DNA of 45,841 nucleotides from an uncultured Clostridia bacterium (GTDB lineage Bacteria; Bacillota; Clostridia; Christensenellales; UBA1242): NCBI GenBank assembly GCA_947595235.1, contig CANQEP010000003.1, positions 1 to 45,841 of the forward strand, read 5' to 3'. Shown piece by piece: positions 45,524 to 45,841 of this stretch (position 1 is its first letter; each line of letters starts with the position of its first letter). The notes under the pieces were generated by a model. It saw only the letters and a program-made list of their open reading frames with translations, ran no database searches and was not told where the DNA came from. The position numbers and the translations under genes were made by a program.

Positions 45524-45841
45524 AAAATAAAAGAACAACTCTTTTTCCCTTTGAACCGATACATTCGAAGACGCAAAGAAGCAGATAAGCGAAGATTGGG
45601 ATGAAGAGGGAAGAAAAGAGAACCACCATAACAAGAAATGGTGGAAAAAACAAAAAAGTTTCTGTGAACTTGATGTGATAGAAACCCTAGGGTAGCCTAA
45701 GAGCCAAAGATTATGCAAAGAGCGAAGAAAACAAAAGCCCATAGACCTTTATGGTCATGGGCTTTTGCTTTTCAAAACTATTTGCGTGATATTTGGCTCT
45801 TAGGCGGTGAGGTCGGCGCGCGCGACTGGTCGCACGCAACA
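45524..45841 (+). repeat. Repeat family B, long copy (right arm), running off the window end
   Basis: Inverted match to 44651-44860 with an extra ~110 bp internal module. The last ~55 nt match 32-89. Confidence 0.82.

Noticed and set aside
44739-45742. ORFs 44739..44993 (+) and 45356..45742 (-)
   Set aside because: Translations of repeat sequence with biased composition and no RBS or recognisable domain.
1-45841. Circular element (plasmid or phage) suggested by similar sequence at both ends
   Set aside because: The end matches (32-89 vs ~45789-45841) are diverged repeat copies, not an identical overlap. Content is chromosomal (dnaX, recR, sigH, tRNA) with no rep, capsid or terminase genes.

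Overview
A 45.8 kb chromosomal segment from a spore-forming, Clostridia-like Firmicute. The lineage is inferred from sigH, a cwlD-like amidase, DegV and the mrnC-rlmB and dnaX-ybaB-recR blocks. It holds about 42 plausible CDSs and one tRNA-Arg(UCG). Both ends carry clusters of GC-rich palindromic REP/MITE-like repeats. I see no transposase, integrase, rRNA or CRISPR array. Housekeeping genes are mixed with small, separately promoted, signal-peptide-less genes with effector-like folds: two tandem R-S-E ADP-ribosyltransferase paralogues, an ADP-ribosylglycohydrolase, a JAB/MPN protein, an HExxH gluzincin, an S8 subtilase, two NUDIX hydrolases, a double-domain APH kinase and several orphans. Most notable are: (i) the mART pair, with a possible writer/eraser/recycler set; (ii) a [L/P]-G-[E/S]-[E/D] C-terminal tail shared by unrelated proteins, a possible targeting signal; (iii) a ~100-nt promoter-to-terminator unit at 8719-8819 that folds as a four-way junction with a pseudoknot; (iv) a tRNA with U19-A56 in place of the G19-C56 pair; and (v) nested, covarying repeat families. 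All protein calls come from motif recognition by eye; no database searches were run. Starts were adjusted from the ORF track where RBS or promoter context supports it.
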